From the IMG/VR virus record IMGVR_UViG_3300024283_000012: a stretch of DNA of 64,000 nt. The stretch is one strand, 5' to 3'. Origin of the DNA: an uncultured virus (IMG/VR IMGVR_UViG_3300024283_000012) (taxonomy: Duplodnaviria > Heunggongvirae > Uroviricota > Caudoviricetes). This document shows positions 29,767 to 38,920 of the stretch, one piece after another. The notes below the pieces were generated by a model. The model did no database searches. It was not told the DNA's origin and saw nothing but the letters and a program-made list of their open reading frames with translations. Each line of letters begins with the position of its first letter. The first letter of the stretch is position 1. A program made the translations under genes and the position numbers.

Positions 29767-29988
29767 CTATTGATACTCTTTCTGTGCGCCGATCAGGTCA
29801 GCGATTCCAACGTTGCCATTCTCGCAATGGTGAGTAATCATTAGGCCAGTGAATCCGACGCCTTGATGCACCATCAATCGCTCAATCGCGTAACGCATAA
29901 ACTTATCAGGGTCGGTATATCCACTCTCGCCACCGAAGATCAGTCCGCACATTCGACATTTATACGTGAACTGGTAGCTGTTGCTCAT
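29767..29988 (-). CDS. Small Zn-finger-like protein
   Basis: YKCRMCG...HHC. Confidence 0.6.
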   Translation of the reverse strand: MSNSYQFTYKCRMCGLIFGGESGYTDPDKFMRYAIERLMVHQGVGFTGLMITHHCENGNVGIADLIGAQKEYQ

Positions 29989-30028
29989 CCCTCAATCCTC
30001 CTGCCCCCGTGCGATCTTGCGGCCAAGA

Positions 30029-30274
30029 TCATCTTGGCTCTATTCCTTCGTTGCCTTCAATCGCCGCTTGAACGATACAGTCCAGAAGTTCATTTATTAG
30101 CAGGTCGTCCTGGTGGGGGCGCTCAGCGGTCACTAATTGCATTGTCACATAATTGAGGAATCGCTCGCGGTCAGTAACTTTTGCGTCCCAGTGCGAATGA
30201 TCTTCAGAACCGTCAATAATATTCTGCTCGTCCAATTCAATGATGATCTTGCCGTTTTGTCTATATGCTTTCAT
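30029..30274 (-). CDS. Hypothetical protein
   Basis: GGAG RBS before MKAYRQ. Confidence 0.55.
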   Translation of the reverse strand: MKAYRQNGKIIIELDEQNIIDGSEDHSHWDAKVTDRERFLNYVTMQLVTAERPHQDDLLINELLDCIVQAAIEGNEGIEPR

Positions 30275-30275
30275 A

Positions 30276-31154
30276 TCATCGCTCCTGCGCTGGTTCGGCC
30301 ATCGATGCATAGTTCCTGTTGTGCCTGATCGTAACCGTCACCTCTTCGTCTGGCTCGCACTTATCAAACTGCATTTCAACGGCAGCGATTGCTCCGGCCA
30401 GCGCCTTCTTATCTTCGTCCGTCACAAACGAGTCGAAGTCTCTGGGCCAGAACGGATGCGGGCTAATCTCCCATTTGTAAGGGCCATCATCCATTGCGGC
30501 ATCTTCTACGTCCAGCCTCGCCGAATCCGAATCTCCGTGAAGGGCTTCTATCAGTGCGCCGAACTTATCCACACGCTCGGACAGTTCATTGCAATAATCA
30601 GGCAGGTTCTCGAATATGTCACGCGCAACACCAGCCCACGCCTCCTTCACACCCGCAACCCCATCCCCGGTCGGGTGAGGGGCTGGTGCGTCGAACTTAC
30701 CGTCGGCCAGATGCTTCAGCAGGAGGCGACACATATGTTTTTGTCCGCCGTGGTCTGCTATCCCCTCGCGGTCGCCGTGACGTTTATAATCTGCGATACC
30801 CTCATCTAATTGGGTCATTGAAGCGGCCAGATATTCACGCAATTTCTCGCGATCCAACCCCGCCCCTGCGACCTCGGGCGCTGCGTGGACGGCACGGACT
30901 GCGGTGGCTACGGCATCAGCGAGGCCGTTTAACCTGTCGTTGGTAAGCAATGCGTTCCAGTCGGGATGCTTCACTGGATCGCGTGGAAGCGCTTTTAGCA
31001 TTGCGGTGAGTATCGCATCACGCAACGTCAAGTCCGCCACTGGTGCGGGGTTCGAGCGCTCAAGCTCTTGGGCTATCTGTTCCAGTAGAACGACGACCGA
31101 TTCAGGCCATACGTCCTTCTTGTAGCTGCGCACGATTTCAGCGGGTGTGTTCAT
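30276..31154 (-). CDS. Hypothetical protein
   Basis: 292 aa; AAGGAG RBS. Confidence 0.65.
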   Translation of the reverse strand: MNTPAEIVRSYKKDVWPESVVVLLEQIAQELERSNPAPVADLTLRDAILTAMLKALPRDPVKHPDWNALLTNDRLNGLADAVATAVRAVHAAPEVAGAGLDREKLREYLAASMTQLDEGIADYKRHGDREGIADHGGQKHMCRLLLKHLADGKFDAPAPHPTGDGVAGVKEAWAGVARDIFENLPDYCNELSERVDKFGALIEALHGDSDSARLDVEDAAMDDGPYKWEISPHPFWPRDFDSFVTDEDKKALAGAIAAVEMQFDKCEPDEEVTVTIRHNRNYASMAEPAQER

Positions 31155-31167
31155 TTCGATTGCTCCT

Positions 31168-31362
31168 TTAGCGCTGATTCGCTTGCGCGGTTCTGTCGAT
31201 CAAGGCTGTTGCTGCTTTGATCTTATCGAGTCCCATTGTGGCGTGTTCGGGATATATTACGTTCAAGAATCTATCCTTTTGCGCTTCAGTACAACAATAA
31301 TCCAGCGTGAAATACATTCCCATTCTAGCGTCTTCGGTTTCATTAGATTTAGCGTCAGTCAT
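31168..31362 (-). CDS. Hypothetical protein
   Basis: 64 aa with RBS. Confidence 0.5.
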   Translation of the reverse strand: MTDAKSNETEDARMGMYFTLDYCCTEAQKDRFLNVIYPEHATMGLDKIKAATALIDRTAQANQR

Positions 31363-31403
31363 TGTAATCCTCTCCTTGCCGCCGTTGCTGTCGGTGGGCG
31401 CGG

Positions 31404-31667
31404 CTAATTGCCGCAGATTGCGTGCGTGTTCGCGCCGTATCCGCTATAGGCGATACCCGACGATTCAACCGTCTCGTCCTTGATCTTGTCGTGGATCCGG
31501 TAGCAGTGATCACACCTGACAGCGAATGCGAATCTTGCGCCGCGCCGACGCGCCATATGCTTCGTCATATTCGAACCTGAGTGTCGATAAAGGCGGCCCG
31601 CTTCCGGCGCAACCACGGTTCTGCAATCTAGACAGTTCGCTTCGTATCTATTTGTCTGTCGGTCCAT
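31404..31667 (-). CDS. Hypothetical Zn-binding early protein
   Basis: NRYEANCLDC...CDHC; GGGAGG RBS; first gene after leftward promoter. Confidence 0.6.
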   Translation of the reverse strand: MDRQTNRYEANCLDCRTVVAPEAGRLYRHSGSNMTKHMARRRGARFAFAVRCDHCYRIHDKIKDETVESSGIAYSGYGANTHAICGN

Positions 31668-31690
31668 AAAAGCCTCCCTCGTTCACGCCG

Positions 31691-31778
31691 AATATAGCAC
31701 GTTGAAATGGATTGTCAACGGAATTATTTGGTTTTGTCAAAATAAAAGTGTTGCATTCTGAGAATACCTGTATATAAT
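31691..31778. promoter_or_regulatory. Divergent sigma70-like promoters
   Basis: Minus: TTGACA-16-TATATT with extended TG (31718-31691); plus: TTGCAT-16-TATAAT (31751-31778). Confidence 0.65.
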
Positions 31779-31786
31779 CTGCGGCT

Positions 31787-31978
31787 ATGAAAACTGAGTA
31801 TCTAGTTCAGGAAGCCGCAAAAGCAGCGGGTATCCACGTAGAGCGGGTGCGCCAGCTGCTAAAGGATATGCGCGAGGACTGGCATTATCGCGTAGTTGGT
31901 AAAACCAAAATTATCAATTCGCGCGGGATGAAGGTTATACTTGAAAGACCGAATCAAAGGAAGCGGAAAACCAAATGA
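31787..31978 (+). CDS. Small HTH DNA-binding protein (excisionase-like), near-leaderless
   Basis: VQEAAKAAGIHVERVRQLL. Confidence 0.65.
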   Translation: MKTEYLVQEAAKAAGIHVERVRQLLKDMREDWHYRVVGKTKIINSRGMKVILERPNQRKRKTK

Positions 31979-32178
31979 AAGTAACCGAAACCATCAATAT
32001 CGAAATCGACGCCAAGGAAGCCCTCGCGGTGCTGCTGGATTACATTCAGGCCAAGGGCTACAAGGTCATACAGGGACACTTCGATTACGGATGCGACAAT
32101 AATACTGAGGATTATCCTACACACAAACTGACCGTTCAGGTGGTCGTCGAAAAGAAGTCACGGAAGCCGCGCCGCTAA
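31975..32178 (+). CDS. Hypothetical protein
   Basis: ATGA overlap with previous gene. Confidence 0.55.
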   Translation: MKVTETINIEIDAKEALAVLLDYIQAKGYKVIQGHFDYGCDNNTEDYPTHKLTVQVVVEKKSRKPRR

Positions 32179-32189
32179 CAGGAGGTGAT

Positions 32190-32558
32190 ATGCAACTGAG
32201 CGAGGAGCAATGGCTACAGGAATTGAAGGCAGGCGACGAAGTCGTGGTGCGCCGTGGATACGTTTACGGCGATTACAGACTCGGTACGGTAGAGCGAACC
32301 ACTCCGACGCTTGTTATCGTGAGCGGCCTGAATTATCGAAGGCGTGACGGATACACGCAGGGCAGCGGTTATCAGCGGTGTCAATTGATACAGCCGACAC
32401 AGGAACTGCGAGACAAGATCGAAACGACGGAGTTGCTCAACAAGTTTTCCGGGACAGGCGTGTTCGATAAACTACCGCTCGATTCGTTGCGACAGATCGA
32501 CGTAATACTAAAGGCAGCGCTCGCGCAATCGCCCGACGCTAACGACGGCGCGCGGTGA
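32190..32558 (+). CDS. Hypothetical SH3/KOW-like barrel protein
   Basis: LKAGDEVVV...GTVERTTPT; AGGAGGT RBS. Confidence 0.65.
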   Translation: MQLSEEQWLQELKAGDEVVVRRGYVYGDYRLGTVERTTPTLVIVSGLNYRRRDGYTQGSGYQRCQLIQPTQELRDKIETTELLNKFSGTGVFDKLPLDSLRQIDVILKAALAQSPDANDGAR

Positions 32559-32571
32559 TGATGGAGTAAAT

Positions 32572-32796
32572 ATGACGCAACGGATATTCGACGAATACAT
32601 TAAAGAGCGCGTTTACATTGAGCGTATCGACGTAATCGGCCCGATGGATGAAGGCGAGACTGTTCTAAAAGCTCTCTGGGCTGAAGGCTACCGAACCATA
32701 AGGTCGGGTCCGTATACGAATCGCGACATGCATCCGAACGTCGATATGACGCGGTTTCTGTTTATAGCGGAACGCGAAATTGAGTCGCCGAAGTAG
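32572..32796 (+). CDS. Hypothetical protein
   Basis: GGAG RBS; 74 aa. Confidence 0.55.
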   Translation: MTQRIFDEYIKERVYIERIDVIGPMDEGETVLKALWAEGYRTIRSGPYTNRDMHPNVDMTRFLFIAEREIESPK

Positions 32797-32841
32797 AGTA
32801 GCCCGGCCGCTGCGTGGCGCGGGAAGAAAGGGAAGGTGAAT

Positions 32842-33093
32842 ATGGAAGAACGTAAACAGCGTGAACTGGTCGATGTAATCGCAGAAATGCTGGCCATTGT
32901 TCCAGCATCTGAATTGAATCTGCATAACGACCTTGGGAAAATTCGCACGAGCGCCAGCTATGCTGCACCTGAAATGCAGCGTCATTGGTGGGCGCGAACC
33001 GCTGATATATTGCAAGCAAGATTTGGCGAGGAATCGTTCACCGATGAATGGCAGGACAAACTATTCAATATCTGGATGGACAAGGCTGCATAG
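32842..33093 (+). CDS. Hypothetical protein
   Basis: GGAAGG RBS; ORF. Confidence 0.55.
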   Translation: MEERKQRELVDVIAEMLAIVPASELNLHNDLGKIRTSASYAAPEMQRHWWARTADILQARFGEESFTDEWQDKLFNIWMDKAA

Positions 33094-33135
33094 CACCGCC
33101 GCCACGCTCGCTCGGTGGGCAGCAGGCGCGCGGTG

Positions 33136-33366
33136 ATGAGTAGGGAAGTGGGGATTATGACATTCGCAGAGTGGATCAATACCAGCGGCTCTGAGCACAG
33201 CGACATAGAATCGTTCAAGCAGCGGATGGAGATAGGTGACGCTGGCAACCCCGATAATAAATGGATCGCGGCAAGCTACGCCTACAATGCAGGCATTCAG
33301 GAAGGGCTGCGACTGGCCGCTGAACGAATGAGAACGGTTATCATCGACGGAAGGCCAAGGGAATAG
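33136..33366 (+). CDS. Hypothetical protein
   Basis: ORF in the rightward early operon; start uncertain. Confidence 0.5.
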   Translation: MSREVGIMTFAEWINTSGSEHSDIESFKQRMEIGDAGNPDNKWIAASYAYNAGIQEGLRLAAERMRTVIIDGRPRE

Positions 33367-33428
33367 CCCGCCACCTGAAGCGCACCGTGTCGGCCACACG
33401 CGGTATGTTGTTCGAATGGAAGGTGATT

Positions 33429-34220
33429 ATGGATATTGAAACGCAGCTAATATTTGACGATTTCCAGGGTGGACGGTTCTATCGCGGTCGCTATGTATAC
33501 CTGTTGTCGGTTCGCCTTCCCGTGATTGATTACGGTTTCTGGACCACCGACATAGGCGGCAAGGTATACAAGGAACTAAGGGCGTTCGCCGAAATGTGCT
33601 ATGCGCCGAAGTCGTTTCAGGATCGGGGAACTGGCCGCAACAAGAGAAGCGCGACAGTGTTTTCATTCCATAACGATACGCCGACATTCAAGCTGTTCGG
33701 CCTGAGCCAGCAACAATATTTCAATAGAATGCTCAAACAGAAAAGCATCGTCGCGGTAGATCGCGGCCGGTCTGGCTGGTGGTACACGCAGCACGACCTG
33801 CTGCCGCTGGTTCGCTATCGTAAAAAGTCACATCACGTAGTCGGTCGAGTCGCTAAAGACAAGCGGGATCTGTTCGCTCCCGTACTCGTTGAACCTGTCG
33901 ATAAAATGCGAGAGGACGCAAAGCCCGGTGATTTCGAATATTACGCAGTCAGAAGCTGGCCGCTGCCTGACTATTCAAAGCTCGACTTGGGCCCGGATCG
34001 ATTACCCGAAGTCTGGGTTTGTAATCTCTGCGAGCATACCGACGTTTATGCGAAATGGCCGCGCCAGGACGGACTGCTTGGCGAATACATTCATCACTGC
34101 CCGAAGTGTCAGGCCAGGGGCGCTGATACGTTTCACAGAATCGTCGACCTTGCGAAAGACTCCATTGCATTCAAGCCGCGCCGACGGATGCAGGATGATT
34201 TCTATTTTACGCTGCAATAA
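33429..34220 (+). CDS. Hypothetical basic protein with C-terminal Zn ribbon
   Basis: WVCNLC...HCPKC; GGAAGGTG RBS. Confidence 0.65.
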   Translation: MDIETQLIFDDFQGGRFYRGRYVYLLSVRLPVIDYGFWTTDIGGKVYKELRAFAEMCYAPKSFQDRGTGRNKRSATVFSFHNDTPTFKLFGLSQQQYFNRMLKQKSIVAVDRGRSGWWYTQHDLLPLVRYRKKSHHVVGRVAKDKRDLFAPVLVEPVDKMREDAKPGDFEYYAVRSWPLPDYSKLDLGPDRLPEVWVCNLCEHTDVYAKWPRQDGLLGEYIHHCPKCQARGADTFHRIVDLAKDSIAFKPRRRMQDDFYFTLQ

Positions 34221-34317
34221 ATCAAAACACGCCACACCCTAGCTGCAACCTGCCGACAATTTGCGCGCAATTCGCTGCAAAATGATCGCGCCGGGTAGGG
34301 GGACTGTGGTATAGTGG

Positions 34318-34725
34318 TCAGCGACTCATACGATTTCCTCCGACCTGCTGGGCAGCTTACGCTTGGCGGGTCGACGTTATTTGAATTATTTGAATTATGG
34401 GATGCGCGTCGTGGACATTGACACGAGATAGAGGACGTGGCGCAGTCCTCCCCTTCAGGATGCAAGCCATAAAAGGCTACGGGTATACACGGATCGGGCC
34501 AGCCGAGTGCATCCGACCGCTGGAAGCCAGCATGTGAAATTCATTGCCGTATCCCGCTGTCTTTGAATCAGGGGCGAATGCCTCGCTGGACCTACTATCA
34601 TCAAGACGGTTCGGCAAATACTTGTCGTCTCTGTAAGGTTCCTGGGTTGTCCGTGACCTTCAATGTAGCGTGCTGAGGACGTTGATTTCTAACGAATGAG
34701 TCTGAGGCTTGACGGCAACCCGGAG
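34318..34725 (+). ncRNA. Putative ~410-nt structured non-coding RNA
   Basis: No credible ORF; gactcat 34323/atgagtc 34696 closing helix; many hairpins with G-U pairs on +; extended -10 TGgTATAGT at 34307-34315. Confidence 0.6.
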
Positions 34726-34730
34726 TCGAA

Positions 34731-34953
34731 TCACTCAACCTTCTTCCGTATCTCGCCTACGACCCGAAGCAATTCCGCAATCGACACATACAGCACGACA
34801 ACACAAACTCCCGCGATCAGCGCAACCGAGCCCAGGCCGATCCAGAGGTAGTTCTGATGCGAGAATATGAGCAGGACGGCGCCGAGGGTGATTAGGGCGA
34901 GCCCAGAGGTGCAGCCGATGAGGGCGACGGCGATATGGGTTAGACGGGATGAC
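34731..34953 (-). CDS. Small two-TM membrane protein
   Basis: MSSRLTHIAVALIG...; two hydrophobic helices. Confidence 0.55.
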
Positions 34954-35200
34954 ATTTTATTTACCGTTGACACGAATGTGAATCGAGCGTACCTTGTCAA
35001 AGCCTTAGATACGTTCGAATCTATACCCAACAATGTTGAACACAATTTAAGGCCCGTTTTTAGGCTTATTTTTCATCCTGGCCCACCTCAACGGCATACA
35101 TAGAAAATCACTACAAAAGTGATATAGTCCGCTCAGGAATCATGGAATCTCAGTGGACAGCCGCCCACTGTAAAATAATCTCACCAGTAAGGCAGTACAT

Positions 35201-35425
35201 ATGAGTTGTTTCGTCCATGTCGAATTAGAGGGATTTATCAGTGACAAGCATTTTTTCGTCGTCTATGAAGGAAAAACCTATGCGGTCACAGATCCAGCGC
35301 TGTCCCATTTTTCCATGCAGTTCCTGCCGACCGATCCGCTACGCGAGCCCGGCACCTATCTGGTTATAGCGAGCGAACGAAGGCGAAGCATGGCGTTGCC
35401 CAATCGCCTGGCGCTAGTCCGGTAG
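35201..35425 (+). CDS. Hypothetical protein
   Basis: TAAGG RBS; 74 aa. Confidence 0.45.
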   Translation: MSCFVHVELEGFISDKHFFVVYEGKTYAVTDPALSHFSMQFLPTDPLREPGTYLVIASERRRSMALPNRLALVR

Positions 35426-35785
35426 TTACGCGGGCTCGCGTTTCTGTGAATTCTTTTTCGCTGCATCGAAATCGGCGACCTCTTTCGCGCGATCATTCCC
35501 GAGTTGCTCAGCCAGTCTCTTAAACTTTTTTGCGTCATCGGGCTTTATACCGCCATAAAGGTCGATAATAATCTGCTGCATTGAAATCGCCATTATCTCG
35601 TCACCCGCTGGAAATTCGAATAACTTACCGTCGCGCCCATACGCCAGAAGTCCCCTTTCCAGAAGCGCATAGCTAACTTCGCTGACGTTCCGCCGTTCCC
35701 GGTTAGCAATCTCTTCCAGGCTTTTATTTGTCGATTCCGTGATGCGGAAAGTATGCGGAATCGTTTTCTTTTCCCGAGCGGCCAT
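35426..35785 (-). CDS. Ribbon-helix-helix (Arc/CopG-like) repressor with C-terminal extension
   Basis: PHTFRITESTNKSLEEIANRERRNVSEVSYALLERGL; GAGG RBS. Confidence 0.7.
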   Translation of the reverse strand: MAAREKKTIPHTFRITESTNKSLEEIANRERRNVSEVSYALLERGLLAYGRDGKLFEFPAGDEIMAISMQQIIIDLYGGIKPDDAKKFKRLAEQLGNDRAKEVADFDAAKKNSQKREPA

Positions 35786-35867
35786 TATTTTTTCCTCTGC
35801 AACTCTTGTACTGACAATTAGATACAAAGTACCCCTCAAGAAACAACGTTTACATCGTAGAAAAGAG

Positions 35868-35896
35868 TTGACATTGTATACATTGTGGACTATTGT
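35868..35896 (+). promoter_or_regulatory. Rightward early promoter with overlapping short repeats
   Basis: TTGACA-17-TATTGT; repeated ACATTGT/TATTGT. Confidence 0.65.
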
Positions 35897-35905
35897 GGTC
35901 ACGCG

Positions 35906-36088
35906 ATGGAAGACAACAACAAATTACACGGTCGCGCATTCGCCTTCAGGCTTTCGGAAGACCTGTTTTCCTTCTACGAGGAAAAGGCCAAACGAGAAAG
36001 ACGGAAGGTCGCTGAGGTTATTCGATTTGCGCTGGAAGATCAGAGAAAAGCTGAGTCCGGTAAGGCAAAGCGATCGAGGGTGGCGTAA
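35906..36088 (+). CDS. Ribbon-helix-helix (Arc-like) Cro-analogue
   Basis: AFAFRLSEDLFSFYEEKAKRERRKVAEVIRFALED. Confidence 0.7.
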   Translation: MEDNNKLHGRAFAFRLSEDLFSFYEEKAKRERRKVAEVIRFALEDQRKAESGKAKRSRVA

Positions 36089-36090
36089 CG

Positions 36091-36657
36091 ATGAAAACGC
36101 CACGAAAGATCACCGAGTCGGTGTGGCGCGGGATGAAGAACCGTTGCTTTAACCCGAAGGACACAGCCTATATCAGATACGGCGGGCGCGGGATCACTGT
36201 CTGCGAAGGATGGCTGGTTTTTGAAAACTTCCTCTTCGAGATGGGTACTTGTCCGAGGGGAATGAGTATCGACCGCTTTCCAGATAATGATGCCCATTAC
36301 AGCTGTGGACGATGCGGCCAATGTGCTGCGAATGGCTGGTCCCTCAATGCCAGATGGGCAACCCGACAGCAGCAAATGGCAAATACTCGCCAGAATGTTT
36401 GGATCACGTTCAATGGTCATACTCGAATACTCGAAGAGTGGTCCAGGATTACCGGCGTAGAGCCGACATTAATACGTAGCCGTCTCAAAAAGGGATTATC
36501 GCCGGAAGAGGCTCTGGCGCCCGCAAAGCCAATTTCACCGCTGAAATCGAAGCCCAGATACAAACGCGACTGGATAAAGCACATGGAGCAGCTTGAAATC
36601 CGTCGCGCGGAAAAGCGTCGTCTCAAGGCGGTTTCTCAAATGGATAAAGTTGCATAG
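36091..36657 (+). CDS. Phage HNH-like endonuclease
   Basis: WRGMKNRCFNP..YGGRGITVC..SIDR..NARWATRQQQMANTR. Confidence 0.8.
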   Translation: MKTPRKITESVWRGMKNRCFNPKDTAYIRYGGRGITVCEGWLVFENFLFEMGTCPRGMSIDRFPDNDAHYSCGRCGQCAANGWSLNARWATRQQQMANTRQNVWITFNGHTRILEEWSRITGVEPTLIRSRLKKGLSPEEALAPAKPISPLKSKPRYKRDWIKHMEQLEIRRAEKRRLKAVSQMDKVA

Positions 36658-36797
36658 TTTTTTCTCCCGATCGGTATCCGCGTTTTGGCAAAACGGCACA
36701 CGGGCCTTGGCCCAGTGAAACCGAATACCGACCGTGAGTGGAAGATAAACGAGCAAGTCGGTAATTACACGGAATTTCGAAGCAAGAAAGTTACCAA

Positions 36798-37088
36798 ATG
36801 CCAAAATTCGATGACGATGACGTGGAACAAGGTGGCTGTAGAGCGGATGTAATCAGAGAGGATGATTACTGCGTCAGATATACGAATCACGCCCACGTTC
36901 TCGAAACCGACCACGATATTCAATTGATCTTTGGCCAGCTAACACAGTCCAGTGAGGGAACTGTCGAGGTAAGACAAGTTGTAGACCTGATGATGTCGAG
37001 ATCGTTTCTCCCTGAGTTGATCGACATGCTTCAGGAAATAAATGCCCTAGCCGACGACGGCAATTTAGTTATCGGGAGCACTCACTGA
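36798..37088 (+). CDS. DUF3467-like protein
   Basis: YTNHAHVLETDHDIQLIFGQ...VVDLMMS. Confidence 0.55.
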   Translation: MPKFDDDDVEQGGCRADVIREDDYCVRYTNHAHVLETDHDIQLIFGQLTQSSEGTVEVRQVVDLMMSRSFLPELIDMLQEINALADDGNLVIGSTH

Positions 37089-37089
37089 A

Positions 37090-37524
37090 ATGGAATTACA
37101 AGCTTACGAAATAATGAGTAGAGCAACGGGGAAGCCGGGCACAAAGGCAAAGCTGGCGCGGGCCTTGGGATTGCCGACAAATGCAGTCAGTCGTCGTTGC
37201 TGCGCGCCAGAACGAATTGATAACCCATGTGGGACCGGCCGTACTAACGAGGTCGAGCGGTTAGAGACAATCCTAAAGGGGCTGGTCACTATTGGTCAGC
37301 CACAGGACGCAGATTTTATCGTCACGCACCTGCGCCGCTTTGTCCGCGAATGCAAACAGGAATCGGGGCCTGAGCACGCAGACAGCCTACCGCTGATCCT
37401 CATGGCCCTGGAAATGTTAGTCCGCGCGCTGCGGCACCGGATGGATAACCGACCGAAGGACTTCGAGGAAATCGCTGTCCGCGCCGTCGGCCTGATTGAA
37501 GATTCTGTTACGGGAAGGGGTTGA
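37090..37524 (+). CDS. HTH protein, possibly CII-like regulator
   Basis: KAKLARALGLPTNAVSRRC; position downstream of the Cro-analogue. Confidence 0.5.
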   Translation: MELQAYEIMSRATGKPGTKAKLARALGLPTNAVSRRCCAPERIDNPCGTGRTNEVERLETILKGLVTIGQPQDADFIVTHLRRFVRECKQESGPEHADSLPLILMALEMLVRALRHRMDNRPKDFEEIAVRAVGLIEDSVTGRG

Positions 37525-37525
37525 G

Positions 37526-37849
37526 ATGGATCAATTGTTCAGCCAGTTCAAGTCGGCGCTTCGCGATGGCCCAATCGACACAGCAGAGGTCGAAGACCTG
37601 GTGTCGTATCTCTCCACACTTCACTTGACGGATATTAAAGGCGTCCACGATGCACATATCGCGCTGTGCCGCAGTCTCTATAAGAGCAAGGCGTATGGAG
37701 ATTTCGTTATTGCACAGGCAAAAACGATCCTGCCGCACGAATCGGACGTTGACGTTGCGCATATACATCTATCCACGGGGATATTCCTGGGAATCATGCT
37801 CGGACTGCTGGCCGCTGATAGAGCGCAAGAACTGGCGGTGGCCCAATGA
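37526..37849 (+). CDS. Hypothetical protein
   Basis: ORF following the previous stop. Confidence 0.5.
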   Translation: MDQLFSQFKSALRDGPIDTAEVEDLVSYLSTLHLTDIKGVHDAHIALCRSLYKSKAYGDFVIAQAKTILPHESDVDVAHIHLSTGIFLGIMLGLLAADRAQELAVAQ

Positions 37850-38077
37850 CACCCACATTTGCAGCGCTCGCAATACTAGCCGTGTTCCTGCTGGTTGTGC
37901 TCATCCGGTGGGTGGTGGCCCTGGGCGCGTACTCGCCGACTGATGTGGAATCGAGGTTGAGATGAACGACCTAATACCGCTGGCCGCAATTATATTCGCG
38001 TCAGGCGTCATCGTCGGCGCTTTTGGAATCACGCTGCTGGATATACGCGCATCGTGGCGCGAGATGAAAGGCACAAA

Positions 38078-38497
38078 ATGAATAGAACAGTAATCATCAT
38101 CTGTCGCGGGGATCACACCTTCGCCGACGAACTTCACCAGATTATCCGTGCATTGCACGATCACGATTCCGGGCCCGAAGGGGAAATCAGCAACTGCGAA
38201 CTATCGCGGCAGCTTTCCCATGTCATCAACAAACTAGACACCATCATCGATAAGGAGAATTCCATCATGGCAACTTTAGCAGAAGTACAAACAGAGCTTG
38301 CTGACCTGAAGGCAACAACCGACAGCGAGCACCAACAGGCGCAGGTAGTCCTGGACAAAGTGACCGCACTGGAAGCACAGGTCGCTGATCTTCAGGCGCA
38401 ACTGGCGGCGGGCAACGTGGCGACAGCGGCTGACCTGGACGGACTGCTGACCCAGATCCGCGACATCAAAACTGGCGTCAACAACATCGTCCCCTAG
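38078..38497 (+). CDS. Coiled-coil protein
   Basis: Heptad-rich; a second internal start with TAAGGAG RBS before MATLAEV (38267). Confidence 0.6.
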   Translation: MNRTVIIICRGDHTFADELHQIIRALHDHDSGPEGEISNCELSRQLSHVINKLDTIIDKENSIMATLAEVQTELADLKATTDSEHQQAQVVLDKVTALEAQVADLQAQLAAGNVATAADLDGLLTQIRDIKTGVNNIVP

Positions 38498-38562
38498 CAT
38501 TGAAGGTGGCTTTCATTAACTCGGCTGGTGCCCGCGGCCAGCCACTTTTAAGAGGCAATTTT

Positions 38563-38913
38563 ATGAAGCACTACGGATTAACGCGGAAGCAGATGGTTAA
38601 AAAACTTCAGGAAGCTGGTATCGCTGGCGATCTGGATGAGAAAGCAGACCGTGCCAATCGAAAGATGCTACTGCTTGGCCGTGTTCGGTCATCGGGTAAA
38701 TCGCCAAGGTTTCCGGTCGGCCCGATGCTCAAGAACAAAAAGAAACCGTCAAAGAATGGCGTGACGATAGTTCGTGGTGCGCCAAAGATGTTCGACGGCA
38801 AGGTCTACACGAACAAGGCAGAACGCAAGGCATTGAAGCGCGCAAAGGTCGCGCAGATAAACGACCTAATGGCTCGCGTGGATGAATTCGTCGAGGAATA
38901 CGGGTACGAGTAA
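38563..38913 (+). CDS. Basic hypothetical protein
   Basis: GAGG RBS; Lys/Arg-rich. Confidence 0.6.
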   Translation: MKHYGLTRKQMVKKLQEAGIAGDLDEKADRANRKMLLLGRVRSSGKSPRFPVGPMLKNKKKPSKNGVTIVRGAPKMFDGKVYTNKAERKALKRAKVAQINDLMARVDEFVEEYGYE

Positions 38914-38920
38914 CAGCATC

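Noticed and set aside
34298..34740. tmRNA or intron-containing tRNA (GGGG start, TCGAATC near the end, similar length)
   Set aside because: No pairing T-stem, acceptor stem or CCA; the 5' part is better read as an extended -10 promoter
35086..35135. Group I intron-like P7/P8 words (cctcaacggcata...gatatagtcc)
   Set aside because: No supporting P3-P6 core or interrupted gene seen; TGaTATAGT fits an extended -10 element
36664..36738. Hammerhead ribozyme (stem followed by GAAAC)
   Set aside because: The CUGANGA core is absent
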